The notes under the pieces: model-generated
Database searches by the model: none
What the model was told of the DNA's origin: nothing
Seen by the model: only the letters and a program-made list of their open reading frames with translations
Source of the DNA: Catajapyx aquilonaris
Lineage: Eukaryota
Assembly (NCBI GenBank): GCA_000934665.2
Contig: JYFJ02001099.1
Span: 1-64,000, forward strand
DNA length: 64,000 nt
Reading direction: 5' to 3'
Shown here: piece after piece, positions 12,814 to 26,527 of the stretch
How the letters are laid out: each line of letters opens with the position of its first letter
How positions within the stretch are numbered: position 1 is the first letter of the stretch
Translations under genes and position numbers: made by a program

Positions 12814-14952
12814 TTAGTCAGACGAGTCCTCGTTCATCGTAGCAGCCTTCCACGGTCGGCGGCATGACGGACAATCCAGCTGCTTCTTGTAGGTCGCCTC
12901 ATACTTGCGGACGCAGTGGAAGTGGACACGTGCGTCGCAAGACTGACACTCGTCTCCCTGATATTAACCAAATAATTAGTGACCTGACAAAGTACCAAGT
13001 ACTTTTACTCTTACCCTAACGACAATAAATTTGCACAAGGCGCAACTGGCAAGCTGCTCCTCATAACACCATTTCAAATAGGGCTCCATCTCGGCTAAGG
13101 TAAGTACAGACAGATGCAGCCCGTCCTCATCCTGCAGGAGCCACTTGTCTTGGATCAACTCCTGTACCGCCGCGTCGATGTCCACCTTGGACATTGACTT
13201 CTCCTGTTGCGAGATCATGTTCACGACGTCAGTGGAAGTCACCTGCTTCGGGTCGGCTCCGTAGTATGAGTCCACCACCTTATGAACGATAGTCTTGTAG
13301 ACACCAAGCACTTCAGGGGTGTACGCCTCGTGGCATCGAGCAAGCGGATTATCCATGTTGGTGAACACCAGGCAGTAATGAAGCTGGCCGGTAACCTCGC
13401 AAGTACGCTCCTTTATCTCCAGCTCCTGGAACTTGATCCGGCTGTTTATCGTGGCTATGCAGGCCTTCATCGCTGCCGGGTCGTTCACTGCATCCTCTGC
13501 AAAGAATCTTAATTAGTCCGCAAATTATGTATGGTTGCCGAGGACACAAGCCACCTCCCAAAACCCATAAGTTAGCTTGCCCCTACTACAGTTGTCAGGT
13601 GAAAGAACTGCATTTATAATTTACAACTATAGTAGGGGCAAGCTAACTTATGGGTTTTTGGGAGGTGGCTTGTGTCCTCGGCAACCATAATAAGCCCCGC
13701 CCACTACCAGTCAGCCAATCAGGATTCCATATCAAAGAAGATGGGCGTAATGTTCGAAAACGTCAAGAATGAGATGCGTTTGTTTACACTTACGTAATTG
13801 GTAACCCAGCAGGAGGGAACCAAACGTTCTAAATTCCATACAAAAATATCAGCAGGGGGCGGGGCTTAATATGGTTGCCGAGGACACAAGCCACCTCCCA
13901 AAACCCATAAGTTAGCTTGCCCCTACTATAGTTGTAAATTATGCCGTTCTTTCGCCTTACAACTACAGTAGGGGCAAGCTAACTTATGGGTTTTGGGAGG
14001 TGGCTTGTGTCCTCGGCAACCATCATTAGCCCCACCCCCTGCCGTGTATTTTTGTATGGAATTGTGAGAACGTTCGGTGGTGAAATACTTCCTCCCTGCG
14101 TCGGTGTAAACAAACATATTCTTGAAGTTTTAGAACATCACGCCCATCTCCTTTGATATCGAATCATGATTGGTCAACGGGTAGTGGGCGGGGCTAATTA
14201 TGGTTGCCGAGGACACAAGCCACCTCCCAAAAACCCGTAAGTTAGCTTGCCCCTACTATAATAGCACAGACACCAGCTGTATATTGAAAAAGTGGTAACA
14301 ATTATTATTATTTCAATTCATCATGAATTATTATTTGATCACTTCAATTCATCATGAATTATTATTTGATCATTTCAATTCATCGTTAATTATTATTTGA
14401 TCATTTCAATTCATCATGAATTATTATTTGATCACTTCAATTCATCATGAATTATTATTTGATCATTTCAATTCATCGTTAATTATTATTTGATCATTTC
14501 AATTCATCATGAATTATTATTTGATCAATTCATTGTTAATTATTATTTGATCATTTCAATTCATCGTTAATTATTATTTGATCATTTCAATTCATCGTTA
14601 ATTATTATTTGATCATTTCAATTCATCGTTAATTATTATTTGATCATTTCAATTCATCGTTAATTATTATTTGATCATTTCAATTCATCGTTAATTATTA
14701 TTTGATCATTTCAATTCATCGTTAATTATTATTTGATCATTTCAATTCATCATGAATTATTATTTGATCAATTCATCGTTAATTATTATTTGATCATTTT
14801 AATTCAGCTAATTAATGTATAGTCCTTCGATGTGACAAACCTTTGGCCACATTGCAGCAACCTAGGTAGAGCTCCATTGCCTCTTCGGCCGTTACGGAGT
14901 TGCGGGCCAGCATTGCCTGGATGAAGCCCCTGTGCTTGTCCGTGTACGCCAT
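12814..14952 (-). CDS. NSMCE1: Non-SMC element 1 of the SMC5/6 complex (RING-like), 3 exons
   Basis: Exon 1 (14952-14841) reads MAYTDKHRGFIQAML. Exon 2 (from 13496) has IATINSRIKFQELEI...ELIQDKWL...LAEMEPYL. C-terminal C4HC3-like motif CALC...CQSC..VHFHC...CPSC. Stop at 12814-12816. Confidence 0.9.
13530..14260. mobile_element. Compound inverted-repeat element (five copies of a ~62-bp unit in alternating orientation) in NSE1 intron 1
   Basis: Unit tatggttgccgaggacacaagccacctcccaaaacccataagttagcttgcccctacta at ~13530(+), 13628(-), 13870(+), 13964(-) and 14199(+). The intervening segments are mutual reverse complements. Confidence 0.75.
14308..14806 (+). repeat. 31-bp minisatellite (attcatcgttaattattatttgatcatttca), ~16 copies
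   Basis: Direct tandem copies, nearly identical. Confidence 0.95.
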
Positions 14953-15504
14953 CGCAATAATATTAGGGCACCTGATGAAGAAAAAAACAGTACAAAAATA
15001 TTATTCAAACCACAATTATTATTCTCAGTACAATTTTTTTGGGGGGGAGAGCACGGCCCCGCATGGCCTCTCCTGCTCATATGAAAAGATGGGCACGGTG
15101 AGACCCCGCACCTTCTGATCCTGTGTGTGGACGGGATGCTGCAGGATCTTCCCACAGGAATCCTGCGTGTTCCCGGAACCAATAAACCGGGATTAAACCA
15201 GAGGGGGAAGAAAATTCGGGAAGAAATTATTTTGCTGCCAGAGACAAAAAGACCGGAAGCAGCGACGCTTCATTCGACCTCACGAGAGGGCCGAATGGAA
15301 CGTAGCTGCTTCCGATATAATTTTAAGCTGCTGTTTGCGATTTGAAAAAAAAAGGAATTTCCCGCCTTCTCACGTTCTATAATTTTATCTTTTTTATATA
15401 TATATTAGCAATATGTGTAATTGATGATTAATATGAAGGTGCAACATTTTTTCTTGACATTACTATCAGTAAATCGAGATGTATAATTCATAATATATAA
15501 GGTA

Positions 15505-15772
15505 ATGGTGCAACATTTTCTTAACAGTAATATATATGTACTTAATAATTAATATGGTGCAACATGCTCTTAACAGTAATATATATGTAATTAATAATTA
15601 ATATGGTGCAACATTTTCTTAACAGTAATAACAGTAATTAATAAATAATATGGTGCAACATTTTCTCAACATTAATAACAGTAATTAATAAATAATTAAT
15701 ATGGTGCAACATTTTCTTAACAGTAATATATGTAATTAATAATTAATATAATGGGGCAATCTTTTCGTAACA
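15505..15772 (+). repeat. ~45-50-bp AT-rich tandem repeat (atggtgcaacattttcttaacagtaat...)
   Basis: About 5-6 degenerate copies. Confidence 0.8.
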
Positions 15773-16350
15773 TATGAATATCATTAATAATTTATTAATA
15801 TTCATGATATATTGCTAATATTTAATTATATATGCATGCATAACACATGGAATAATATCAGTTATTATTTAATAATTTTTATCATAACAATATTAACTTC
15901 ATCAATATTACCACTAACAGTAGCTATTAATAATTAAATAATTGATAGCCATTATTCAACTTGTTTATTTATGTATTGTTATACCCTGTATTATATTATT
16001 CAATTTAATACGGCTACCATCTTCTTAACTATATTTAAACCCTAAATTAAATTATCTACAGATGACCAGCAGTATCCAAACTGAAATTTTTTTGAGAAAA
16101 TATGCTTTTTGAAGGATGAGGGGTTTGAAAATATGTTTTTAAAATTTTTAATATGTTGGGACAGTATTTTACTAAACAACGAAAGGGACATTTACACACA
16201 TATTAATATTTTAAAAGCAACGTTTTATTCCGGTCCTGCACAAAAATGGCTTCCTTTTTTTTGTATATAATTAATAAAATTATGAGTTAAAAGCACGATG
16301 ACATTTAATTGAAATAATTACTGGAAAATGTTGTCGGCAGGCGCTTGGAA

Positions 16351-18364
16351 CTAGTCATTTGGAATCTGGCTGTCCTCCACAATCCCCGTGGCTGGAAAAT
16401 ACACTTTGAAGGAGTAGTCGTTCGAAGAAAACATTCCCTGCGGAAAAATATGCGCAATGAAACTATTCGCATTGAAAGCTTTTTTTTTCAGATTAAAAAG
16501 ACTCACCGGATTAATTACATTGCAGTCGCAACAGGGAGCTTCGTAAGCGCCAAACGCATCTCCGACCACAACCAGGTCGGGCAGAGGATACAGGTACATT
16601 GCTTGGTCGAAATTCCAGTGCAATGTGGACACATGAAGCGGAAGAGGCGACAAGTGGGATTGACTTATTACGGTCTTTGCAAACTGAAAATGATGTGCCG
16701 ATTTAACATTCAATATATCGTACTTAAAATATTCAGACTTACAAGATCTGGAACTTGAGCATCGGACGGGAAGTACAGAGCATTTCTGCACATTTTTGAA
16801 ATCACGTCGTCTCTCCATATCACGATTTCACGCGTCAGGCACTGCAAACGGCATGGATTGGTGGTAAAAATTGCGGTCAGCACTTTATCCTTCAGCGGCT
16901 GGACAACACTGTCTGGCAGCGGAGACCTAGGATACACATGAGTGAACCCTGGGTCCATCGGGCCTGGAACAAACACAAACTGCGATTTCTCCACAAGCGA
17001 CGGAAATTCCTGAATCATCTGAGCGAGCGAGCTGAAGTGCGACTGAACCGAAACAAGGTCGACGTGAGATCCGTAAGGGTGACGTAAGAAGTTGCCCATC
17101 AGTACGAAACAAGCTGGCGGACACTCCGAATATCCTTGAAAAAGGACGCGGAGTTTGTCCGTCACTTTCGGTTCGTCCAGGTAGATCTCGGAAAGGAAAA
17201 TGACCATCGCATCTTCCATCTTTTGCTGAGCGGAGATCATCCTCGGGCAGGAATGGCAACTGATAGGCGATGGACCTCCGAAGAAGTTGACGTTCCCAAA
17301 ATATTTCCTGAAGTTTGGAAGCATTAATAAGTTCATAGCATTGATTCTCATAAACATATCTCACCTGGTCTCGCTCGAGGCCTCAGGCGGTGGAAATCCC
17401 ATGGCCTTTACATGAAAAACTTCGTCGTCATACCAACCTTCCGCTATCACAAAACAATTCTCTGTGAACAGCCCCGATTGAAATCTGTAATCGCACGAAT
17501 TAAGGACATACTTTCATGTACAAGCGTATTATGTCGTGCATATCAGCACCTACGTAAGTACTGCGGATCGATTACAAACAAAAGGATATTGTCTCGCTCA
17601 AGTTGATCTGTACAAATCCGGTTATGTCCTCCAGATGGAACTTCCCTTCCTGAAGCTGCGTGATCATACCGAAGCACACGACATGATCAAGTCTCGTCGT
17701 AGTCCCCTTCAGCATCTCCATAGTGCTCAACGTGTAAACCGGAGCACCGCTGGCTCTCGAACTTGTTGAAAATATATTCCGACGCATTATCCGCTGGCGA
17801 AGAAGAATGTACCTGGAAAAGTCAACGTTTTGTTTATGAATGTAACGTGTACATTGCGTACAAACTGACCTGTTCCTAAACATGTCGGATTTGGATTGCG
17901 CAAATTTAAAGATAGATCGCTCTGGTTTGACCGCTGCCATTTTTCCTCTTTCCGCATTGTACGCCAGTCTCGGAGCTTCATATCCGCTGATTATGTTAAG
18001 TATCCTATCCGGCTCATCCGATCTGGATACAACACACTCCTGAAACACAACATGCGTTTAATAATTAAAAAATTGCGGTTATGACGTCGGTACGTACCTT
18101 CACTGCTGCTTCGATATGCGACCGTTCAATCGCAGGCGTGTCGATGCTCTGACTCTGTATGTGCTCAATGATCTTCTCCACGCTCAGGGTCTCACCCCGG
18201 TCCCTCCGTACTTGTGATATGACTTCAAGCAAGTAAGTACATGCATCGCTGTAATTAGCAACAATTAGTATAGTAATTGCAATTACGCCCTTGGCTCATT
18301 ACCTCCTCAGGTTGAACCCATGCAACTTGAAGGTGCTGGTGACCACCCGTCGTCTCGAGTCCAT
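16351..18364 (-). CDS. POLE2: DNA polymerase epsilon subunit 2 (Dpb2), multi-exon
   Basis: N-terminus [21 protein letters not shown], then [84 protein letters not shown]. Confidence 0.95.
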
Positions 18365-18617
18365 CGCAAGCAGGCTGGACAAACAAACAAACAGACAATG
18401 CTGCTGGACAAACAGACAAACAAACTGATGACAATAAAATAATGAATCGATAGACGATACTTTTGTTTCCTCCCGCCAAATTTTTTTAGTGATGGACGAT
18501 ACCGGTATGTTTGGGTGTGTCGATGGTATCGTCCAATGATGGCGACGTTCTTTTTCTTGTTTTTAATGATTTGAAGATCATTTTTCGGGATCATTAAGGA
18601 TTCTGAACGCCTCTGTA
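18365..18617. promoter_or_regulatory. Compact bidirectional promoter (POLE2 / SNAPC4-like 1)
   Basis: Divergent start codons lie ~250 bp apart. The interval contains an E2F-like tcccgccaaa (~18471-18480) and a DRE-like atcgatag (~18446). Confidence 0.55.
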
Positions 18618-21492
18618 ATGATGGAACCGAGCGTGGACGAATTTCTGGATGGTTTGTTGTTGAAAGGGCACATTTTTATTGGTTGAATAGAATTTACCTC
18701 ACTTTAAAGCGGCATGCCGGTATAATACGAGGTAGGCAATTTTTTTCTTCTTAATAATTTTGATCCTTTACAATCCAACAGAGTTGCTGGGTGATGTGAA
18801 GGTTGAACGTGGCCGCTCCCAGAAGCATCCGGTGCCACCAGCCATTGCGGGGACATCGCAACACAATCAAGTCGAAGCGCTTGAGAAATGTCTCGTTGAT
18901 AGCGACGCTCTGAGTTCGTCCTTGATTAATCTGGAATCTCAATTAACTCAGCGTCTGGCTGTCAACCGGGAGACTCAGCAGGGGTTGCAAGAGCGGATAG
19001 AGAAGGTGCTGGGGCTGGCCAAGGACGATGCGAATAAGCAACGCGAGGTCAACCGGAGGAGGCGCTTTGCAATACCGTACTTCGTAGATGACAAGGGCAT
19101 GTCACCTGTTGAGATCAAGAAACCCCAGAGGGAAGGAAACATTATCAAATCATCAAAGATATTCAAACGTAGATGTGAGTACCGGTAATTATTTCATGTG
19201 CATTGCAGTCGTTGCTTATTGAATTACATAATTGCAGGGAGTTTGAAACTGGAAGCGGCTCTGAAGACCGCCATGAGGAATTCCATTCTGACTCGCGAGA
19301 AGTTGCGATTGAACACGACTAGAATGTATATTCGAGACAAGCTTAAAACGGCGACTTCGTCTGATGAAAGGAAGGAAATGTTAACGAAGCTAGAAGAAAT
19401 GGAGCGGGAAGTGGATGAATTGTACAAATTGCCGGATGACGAGTTGTTTGAAAGACGCATTGATGTCGTCCAGTGGTCCTATGTGTCCAATGCGCTGATG
19501 GACAAGAAGACGGCAACTCAATGCGAATCCTATTGGAAGTATGTACTGTCGCCACAGGTCAACCGGGAAGAATGGAGCTCGGAGGAGACTCGTACACTTC
19601 TAGAAGTAATATCGCATTTAGGGAAATACGACTGGGATCTGGTGGCCGATCGGCTTGGAACTGGTCGGACTGCGGTTCAGTGTCTGAAGAAGTATGGTTT
19701 TTACTATTTTTGTTGTCCAATTGTGTATATCGAACCTTTTGCAGGTACCATGAAGTGACTATGCCGTGTGTATGGGCTCCGCCATTGGACAAGAAGCTGT
19801 CACATCTGGTAGCCATAAACAGAAGGGGGAGAAAAATCGACTGGCTTCAGGTGCATCGGGAATTTCCGCAACCATTCAGCCAGAAGCAGCTGTACAGGCG
19901 GTGGACTCGACGACTTAACCCCGACATCAAGAAAGGACCGTTCACACCTGCGGAGGACTCATTATTAATGGCGTACATACAAAAGTACGGTCCACACTTC
20001 CGCTTAATCGCCGCGCTAATGCCTGGTCGCAGCTCCATGCAGATCAGACTCCGATATAAAAACACGCTACATAAGGACATTGTTTATGGATCGTGGACAT
20101 TGTGAGTAATTTGTTTCTGTCGGACTTTTTGCTTGTTAGTGACGCTACTAATTTCCGCACAGAAAGGAGGACAAGCTGATACTGAAAGGGATTGAAGAGA
20201 ATGGGATGGACTTGAAGAATGTGGCTAAGAATCTTCCAGGACGCTCCGTTGCATGCATCCGACATCGGTACAAGAGGATTAAGAAGTACATGGAGAAATT
20301 TCCAGGCTTTCCAGTAAGTGTTGTCGTTTCGGAATATCGTCATAATTTATTCGCTTTCTGCGTTTCCAGGTTGCGGATCTGCCGCTTCCGAGGCGTAAGC
20401 AGAAGATGCCGGTTGCCAAGACAGTGTCGCAGGAAAGCACAGTTTCCTCCCTGCACGTCAAGATCAAGAAGGAGACTTCAGTGGTCAGACGACAGCTGGG
20501 ACAATTCCAGCGCAGGCTCAAGCGTAAGGTGGATGGAATAAGGATACCAGCCGTGGAGCCGGGACAAAAGGCATTAGACGACTTCTTCAAGCAATTGCCT
20601 GCCCAGATGATAAGGCGAGCACCTCGTAAAAGTTCGTAACCGTTTGCGTATTGCCATTGTGAATGTGTGTTAATTCATGTGTTCCTTTTAGAGAATTATA
20701 ACAATGAAAAAAAGTCTGTTTTGTGCAAGATGATGAGCTTCTACGCCGAGCTGTTAGGGATGGAATTTGACATCCCCGATTTTCCCCAATTGGACGGCAG
20801 CCACGGTCGAATACGCGAGGATCTCAACAGATCTCAGCTTGAGCACCTGAGGGTCAAATCCGAACCGTTGCTGGGAATGACTGTTGCGAGCAGCGGGACA
20901 GTTACGTCCCACTACCTCCCATTCGACGCAGAAGCCATGGTCGGACTCAGCGGGCTGCTGAAGGTAACACAAAAGCTGAACGAATCATCCGCAACGCATG
21001 AAGCTATCGGGCAAGTCTCATCAGCAGGGAAGGAACAGGAGGCTCGCTTCTTGCGACACATGAAGTCCCTCTTTACCTTACCTTACGTTATGAAAGACCG
21101 CAGGTAAATATCCTTTTCTTTTTATTACGAATTGAGCTGTACATCAACATTTTTCTAGGCCTGAAGAGCCTGTCCACGACGCTTTCGAAACGATCTGGAT
21201 TGATTGCGGTGAAGACACGTCATTTCTAGCGGAGCCTGCTGGAGAATCGGAGAAGCCCAGGAAAAGGAAAAGATACGTAAGAAAGCCGGGAACTTCTGCA
21301 AGCAAGAGGCTCAAGGCAATATGGCGTGAAAGGAAGGCCAAGGAAAGTGTGGAAGTTGTACAAGAAGAAACGGAAAGTGCGGAACCTCCGAGTAAGAAGA
21401 GAAAGTACGTTAAGAGCGGGAAGTACAGTGTACATGCTGAACCCGCAGTCGAGAGGCAGCTGCGACCTAGGTCAGGACATTTTATGAAGTGA
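18618..21492 (+). CDS. SNAPC4: SNAPc large Myb subunit (SNAP190/SNAPC4)-like, paralogue 1
   Basis: N-terminal coiled coil, RRFAIPYFVDDKGMSP (SNAPC4-like PYF.D motif), half repeat IDVVQW...CESYW, then Myb repeats WSSEE, WAPPLD, FTPAED and WTLKED with RTAVQC / GRSSMQIRLRY. The 3' end is uncertain. Confidence 0.8.
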
Positions 21493-22454
21493 TTATATTT
21501 GCTGAATTAGCCAATTATGCTCCACACGTTTACACGATTTTGACACTTATTATCGTGCGGTTACTTGAAGAAATTGTCGTGCAGTTATATGTAGGCTTGT
21601 GCATTATGTGGCCTATCTGTACTGATAGTAAATTATACAAATTCCACTGTACATTTTATTAAATCATAACAATATTTTGATGAATATACTTCTGGAAACT
21701 TGTTTTTTTTTTGTCTTTGGTAAGTACAATTAATACAGTAATTACCAGTAAGTATAATTTATTATCAAACTGTACTGCAACATTTCAGAGACCTGTCGAC
21801 TGAAGCGGAATGGCTGAAAACGGATGCAACAATTACTTATTGTTGGCACCTAACTTATTGAGTAACGAAGAGGAAAATAATTTGGACTGTAAGTGTCATA
21901 GGATATGAAATGTAATTATTTCCATACATTCTACCTCCTGTCTTCTCAAATTTATGTTAGCAATGACACAAGTTGGACAATATTTTTGGCAGTAATGAAC
22001 TTCTCTCAGTACTCTCTCTGCAATCCTTAATTATTTTAATTGTACTGTGAAGTGTGTACAGTACTGTAATTGCGAGTTGTCAAGTGGCGCCACACCGGCG
22101 CAGTGGTCAGTCCTTGAAGCGTGACGATCCCCTATCGATAGAGTTGTACTGTACTTCCCATCGTTTCCGTATCGATACTATCTTTCAAACTATCTTTTCA
22201 TCGTTTCATTTCGAACGCCAAGAAAGAACGTGACAGAAACGTTTTTCTTCGGCTGTTCTTTTCTTTGTTCTCTTTTTTTGGTGATTCTCAGCTGGATTTT
22301 TCTCATGTACATTCATCAGGTACAACATAACCACAAGCATACAGCATAACCTCCCAACAACCGTCCATCAAAAGCATAATTAAGGTGAACTACGCTCAGC
22401 CCACAAGTTCACAACGTCTAATGTTATATTCGTTTTTGAATATATACCAATTAC

Positions 22455-23412
22455 ATTGGATCAATTGGCACGATAATTACATTGTATAGGCACATTATTT
22501 GCATTGTATTAATTGGCGCATTAATTACCTTGTATTGGCACATTAATTACATTGTATTGGCACATTAATTACATTTTATTAAATGACACAATAATTGGAT
22601 TGTATTGGTACAATAATTACATTTTATTAATTGGCACAATAATTGGATTGTATTGGCACAATAATTGCATTGTATTGGTACAATAATTACATTTTATTAA
22701 TTGGCACAATAATTGGATTGTATTGGCACAATAATTGCATTGTATTGGTACAATAATTACATTTTATTAATTGGTACAATAACTACATTGTATTGGCACA
22801 TTAATTACATTTTTAATTGGTAGAATAATTACATTGTATTGGCACATTAATTACATTTTATTAATTAGTACAATAATTACATTGCATTAATTGGCACATT
22901 AATTACCCATTGTATTAATTGGCACGATAATTACATTGTATAGGCACATTATTTGCATTGTATTAATTGGCACATTAATTGAATTGTATTAATTGGCACA
23001 TTAATTACATTGTATTGGCACATTAATTACATTTTATTAATTGGCACAATAATTGGATTGTATTGGCACAATAATTGCATTGTATTGGTACAATAATTAC
23101 ATTTTATTAATTGGCACAATAATTGGATTGTATTGGCACAATAATTGCATTGTATTGGTACAATAATTACATTTTATTAATTGGTACAATAACTACATTT
23201 TATTAATTGGTACAATAACTACATTGTATTGGCACATTAATTACATTTTTAATTGGTACAATAACTACATTGTATTGGCACATTAATTACATTTTTCATT
23301 GGTACAATAATTACATTGTATTGGCACATTAATTACATTTTATTAATTAGTACAATAATTACATTGCATTAATTGACACATTAATTACATTGTGTTAATT
23401 GGCACATTGATT
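22455..23412 (+). repeat. ~22-26-bp AT-rich minisatellite (attggcacattaattacattgt)
   Basis: About 40 degenerate tandem copies with higher-order blocks. Confidence 0.9.
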
Positions 23413-23439
23413 GATTAATAAATTTTCTTTCCAGGGCTG

Positions 23440-26400
23440 ATGGAGTCTGGAGGAATGAATGGCCCGAGTGTGGCGGCCCGAGTGGCGACTGATGACGAGG
23501 CGACTAAGTGTTTGGATGGACGGGATGAACTTGAGGGCATTTTGTCCAGCCTGTGCGTTGAATTTAACGACAGGCTGACAAGCAATTTGAGGGTGCAGGT
23601 AATTTTTTTTGGGCCAAATTGTGACGTACGATGTATGCAGATTAATTTTAAAATGGGGGGTGTTTAATTCCAGCTGAAGTTGGCGCGGCAGCTGAACGAA
23701 GATGAAACCAAGGACAAGGGTGCGACTACCTCAATAGCAGCGTGCGACGCAGACAATTTGGCACCCAACATATTAAGTCACAGCGAGGAAAACATGGACC
23801 TCAGATGTAAAGTTGTGGCGTACAGGATTTTGACACGATTTATAACATGTTGATTATTGCAGGGATTACGGCTCAGGAGATCCGTCTGTACGAGAGTGTG
23901 AAGTCCGTAATTATTGAGAAATTGGTGAACGATATGCTGGCTGAAAAGGAAGCCTACATCGCGGAGAAGGATAAACTTGAGGATCGTAATGAGGCGGAAG
24001 TGTTGGCTGAGAAAATCGAGGGTTTGGCAGCAGAAATCGTTGCATTCCCAAACAACTGGGACGACAAGCTGTTCGAAAAGCATATAAACATAATTGACTG
24101 GGACACGATTGCAAGCAAAAAGGTGAATACAGCATGTCCGGTCCGCTTAAGTAGTGGTAATCACACAATTATTCGCAGAATTAACCTTCGTTTTAATTCC
24201 AGTTTAGAGGCGTGAAGAGCGGGGAGGAATGCAAGCGTTACTGGTATGGCACGATGGTGTCGTCTCATTTGGAGCAGCCGTGGAGTCGACCCGAGATCGC
24301 CCGACTTCAAAATTTGGTGTCGACTCGGGGACACAACGACTGGGAAGCTGTGAGCAAGCTCATGAACTCAAAGCATAACGCCTACCAGTGTATGAGAATG
24401 TACTATCTCACCGAAGAGCAACACAAGCTTACTTGGACCAAAGCGGAAAACCAGCGATTTTACAGTTTGCTCTCGCAGTACAAGGACGGAGACGTAAACT
24501 GGAGTAAAGTGACCATGGAAATGCACAAGAAGCTTACGGAAGAACAGGCTCGCCTTCACTGGAACAGAACGCTTGATCCGAATATAAATAAACGGCGCTT
24601 CACTACCAAAGAGGACGCCTTTATTGTCGCATGTGTGCTGAAGTACGGGCCGGACTTTTCATTGGTGGCCTCTCTGCTTCCTGGCCGAAGTGTGGAACAT
24701 GTGAAGCGGAGATACTGTCAGAAATTGATGCAGCACACTGCCCCAGGGCAATGGACACTGTGAGTATCGTTACGTGGGTTACGACGTTATTGTGTAATTA
24801 ACGTAATTTTCAATTCAAAGGGATGACGACAGGCGACTGTTGCAAGCTGTCGAGAAATTTGGCCACGATTGGGCTACTATGGTGCGGTGCTTTCCAGGCC
24901 GGACCAAGGATGCTCTTCGATGTCGCCACAAGGATATCAAGACAGCAATGGCGGCCAATCCGGGTGTTTCGGTGAGTATAACCATCCGGCAATTCGGGAT
25001 CGTATAGCAAAATCGACTTCATTTTCAGCTTGAGAAACTGAAACTTCCGAAACAGCGTAAGCGGCCATTTAATAAAAATATGACCGGAGAGCTTGACGAG
25101 GAGGGAATAAAGGACATGCAGCGTAAGTTGAAGGTTAGGCGAATCCTCTCGAGCCGTTTGAAGAGCGGGATGTCCAGGCGCAAAACTCCAGGAGACTTTG
25201 CGCTTCAAAAGTGGTTCTCGGCGGCCTGCATCGTGAAAAAGCGTGGCCGGAACCGGAGTAAGTTGACGTTTACGCTGGACATTAACCAGTTGTCTAGAAC
25301 CGATTGTTTTTCAGGAAAGTTGCCAAACGAGCAACAAACAGACTTGGGTCACGCTTCATCTTTTTACGCCGAGCTACTCGAAGCCGAGTTTGACATTCCT
25401 GATGCCATATCGGAGGATGACTTCCAGAAGTTGCACGATAATACAAGATGCTTTAAACAGAAGCGAAGACTGAGCTTGGTGCAACTTGAGGCCTTGCGGG
25501 AAGGAACATCATGGGGCTTAAGAGACGAGGAGACTGGCGGCCAAATTTATCTTCCGCCGGACAGGCAAGCCCTGCTTGGAATCAGGACATTACTGTTGCA
25601 AAGACCAAACCTGCGAGACTTGGCCGCAATGAGCGGACCGATTGATGATGAGACTGACGAGCATGCCGAGATTTTTTCACGGCAGATGGTGACACTCTTT
25701 ACGCTTCCGGCTATCATGAGTAAACTTTGGTGAGTTTGCCGTTAACCGGTTTTGATACGATGCTGACTCGGCTATTCTTTTTCAAGTCCTGCGGAACAGG
25801 AGCCTAGTGATGAGGAGACGCCTGAAAGCAGCGAGATGGTTCACAACGGAGCCGACATTCCAGATGGGAGAAAGAAGCGGAAAAAGAAGATGCGAGTGGG
25901 ATTGGACGCACGCAGAAGGATGAGAAAGCACTGGCGACAATTGCGGGAGAAGGAGAGGAACGAGGAAGAAGAAGAAAATGTTGCGGCAGTGGAAGAACCG
26001 CCGAAGAAAAAGCGGAAGTACGCCTGGAGTGGGAAGTACACGGTTAGGAATCCAGAGGGGATGCTGCGACGCACCAGGTCGACATGCGTTTCAACTCATG
26101 AGCACAACGAGTCTGTTAACGAACATCAGGCAGAGCCTGTTATCGAAGAAGACCAACCCATGGATACCCAAGAGGATTACGGGGACTGCGAATTTTTGTG
26201 CGGCACATGCAACATGGGATTCAAGACCACTCCAGAATTGTGCCGCCACTTGAAACTAATGAAGCATGTTAGGGACTTCTCGTACAGGTGCATAACCTGC
26301 GGCAATAGGTACACGGAATGGTCATCGCTGAAACGACACAAGGTACTTCTTCTCATGAAGACTGTCCGGTTGATTTTTATCGATGAATCGTTCTATTTCA

Positions 26401-26527
26401 GATGAAACACCTGGACCAGTTCAGATGCGACGAGTGCGGCGACAGTTTTGACAACAAGGAGGATCTCGACGCGCATTGTGCCACCCACACTACAGAAGCT
26501 GTGTCCTCGATGGAAGATCCGCAATGA
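23440..26527 (+). CDS. SNAPC4-like paralogue 2 with C-terminal C2H2 zinc fingers
   Basis: IDWDTIA...ECKRYW and Myb repeats WSRPE, WTKAE, FTTKED, WTL(RDD). Shares SFYAELL..EFDIPD, YLP.D, LFTLP and KKRKY..SGKY blocks and intron positions with paralogue 1, then has three C2H2 fingers. A short upstream exon may exist near 22306-22320. Confidence 0.8.

Noticed and set aside
13530..14806. CRISPR-like repeat/spacer array
   Set aside because: The repeats alternate in orientation or lack unique spacers, they lie in a eukaryotic intron, and there are no cas genes.
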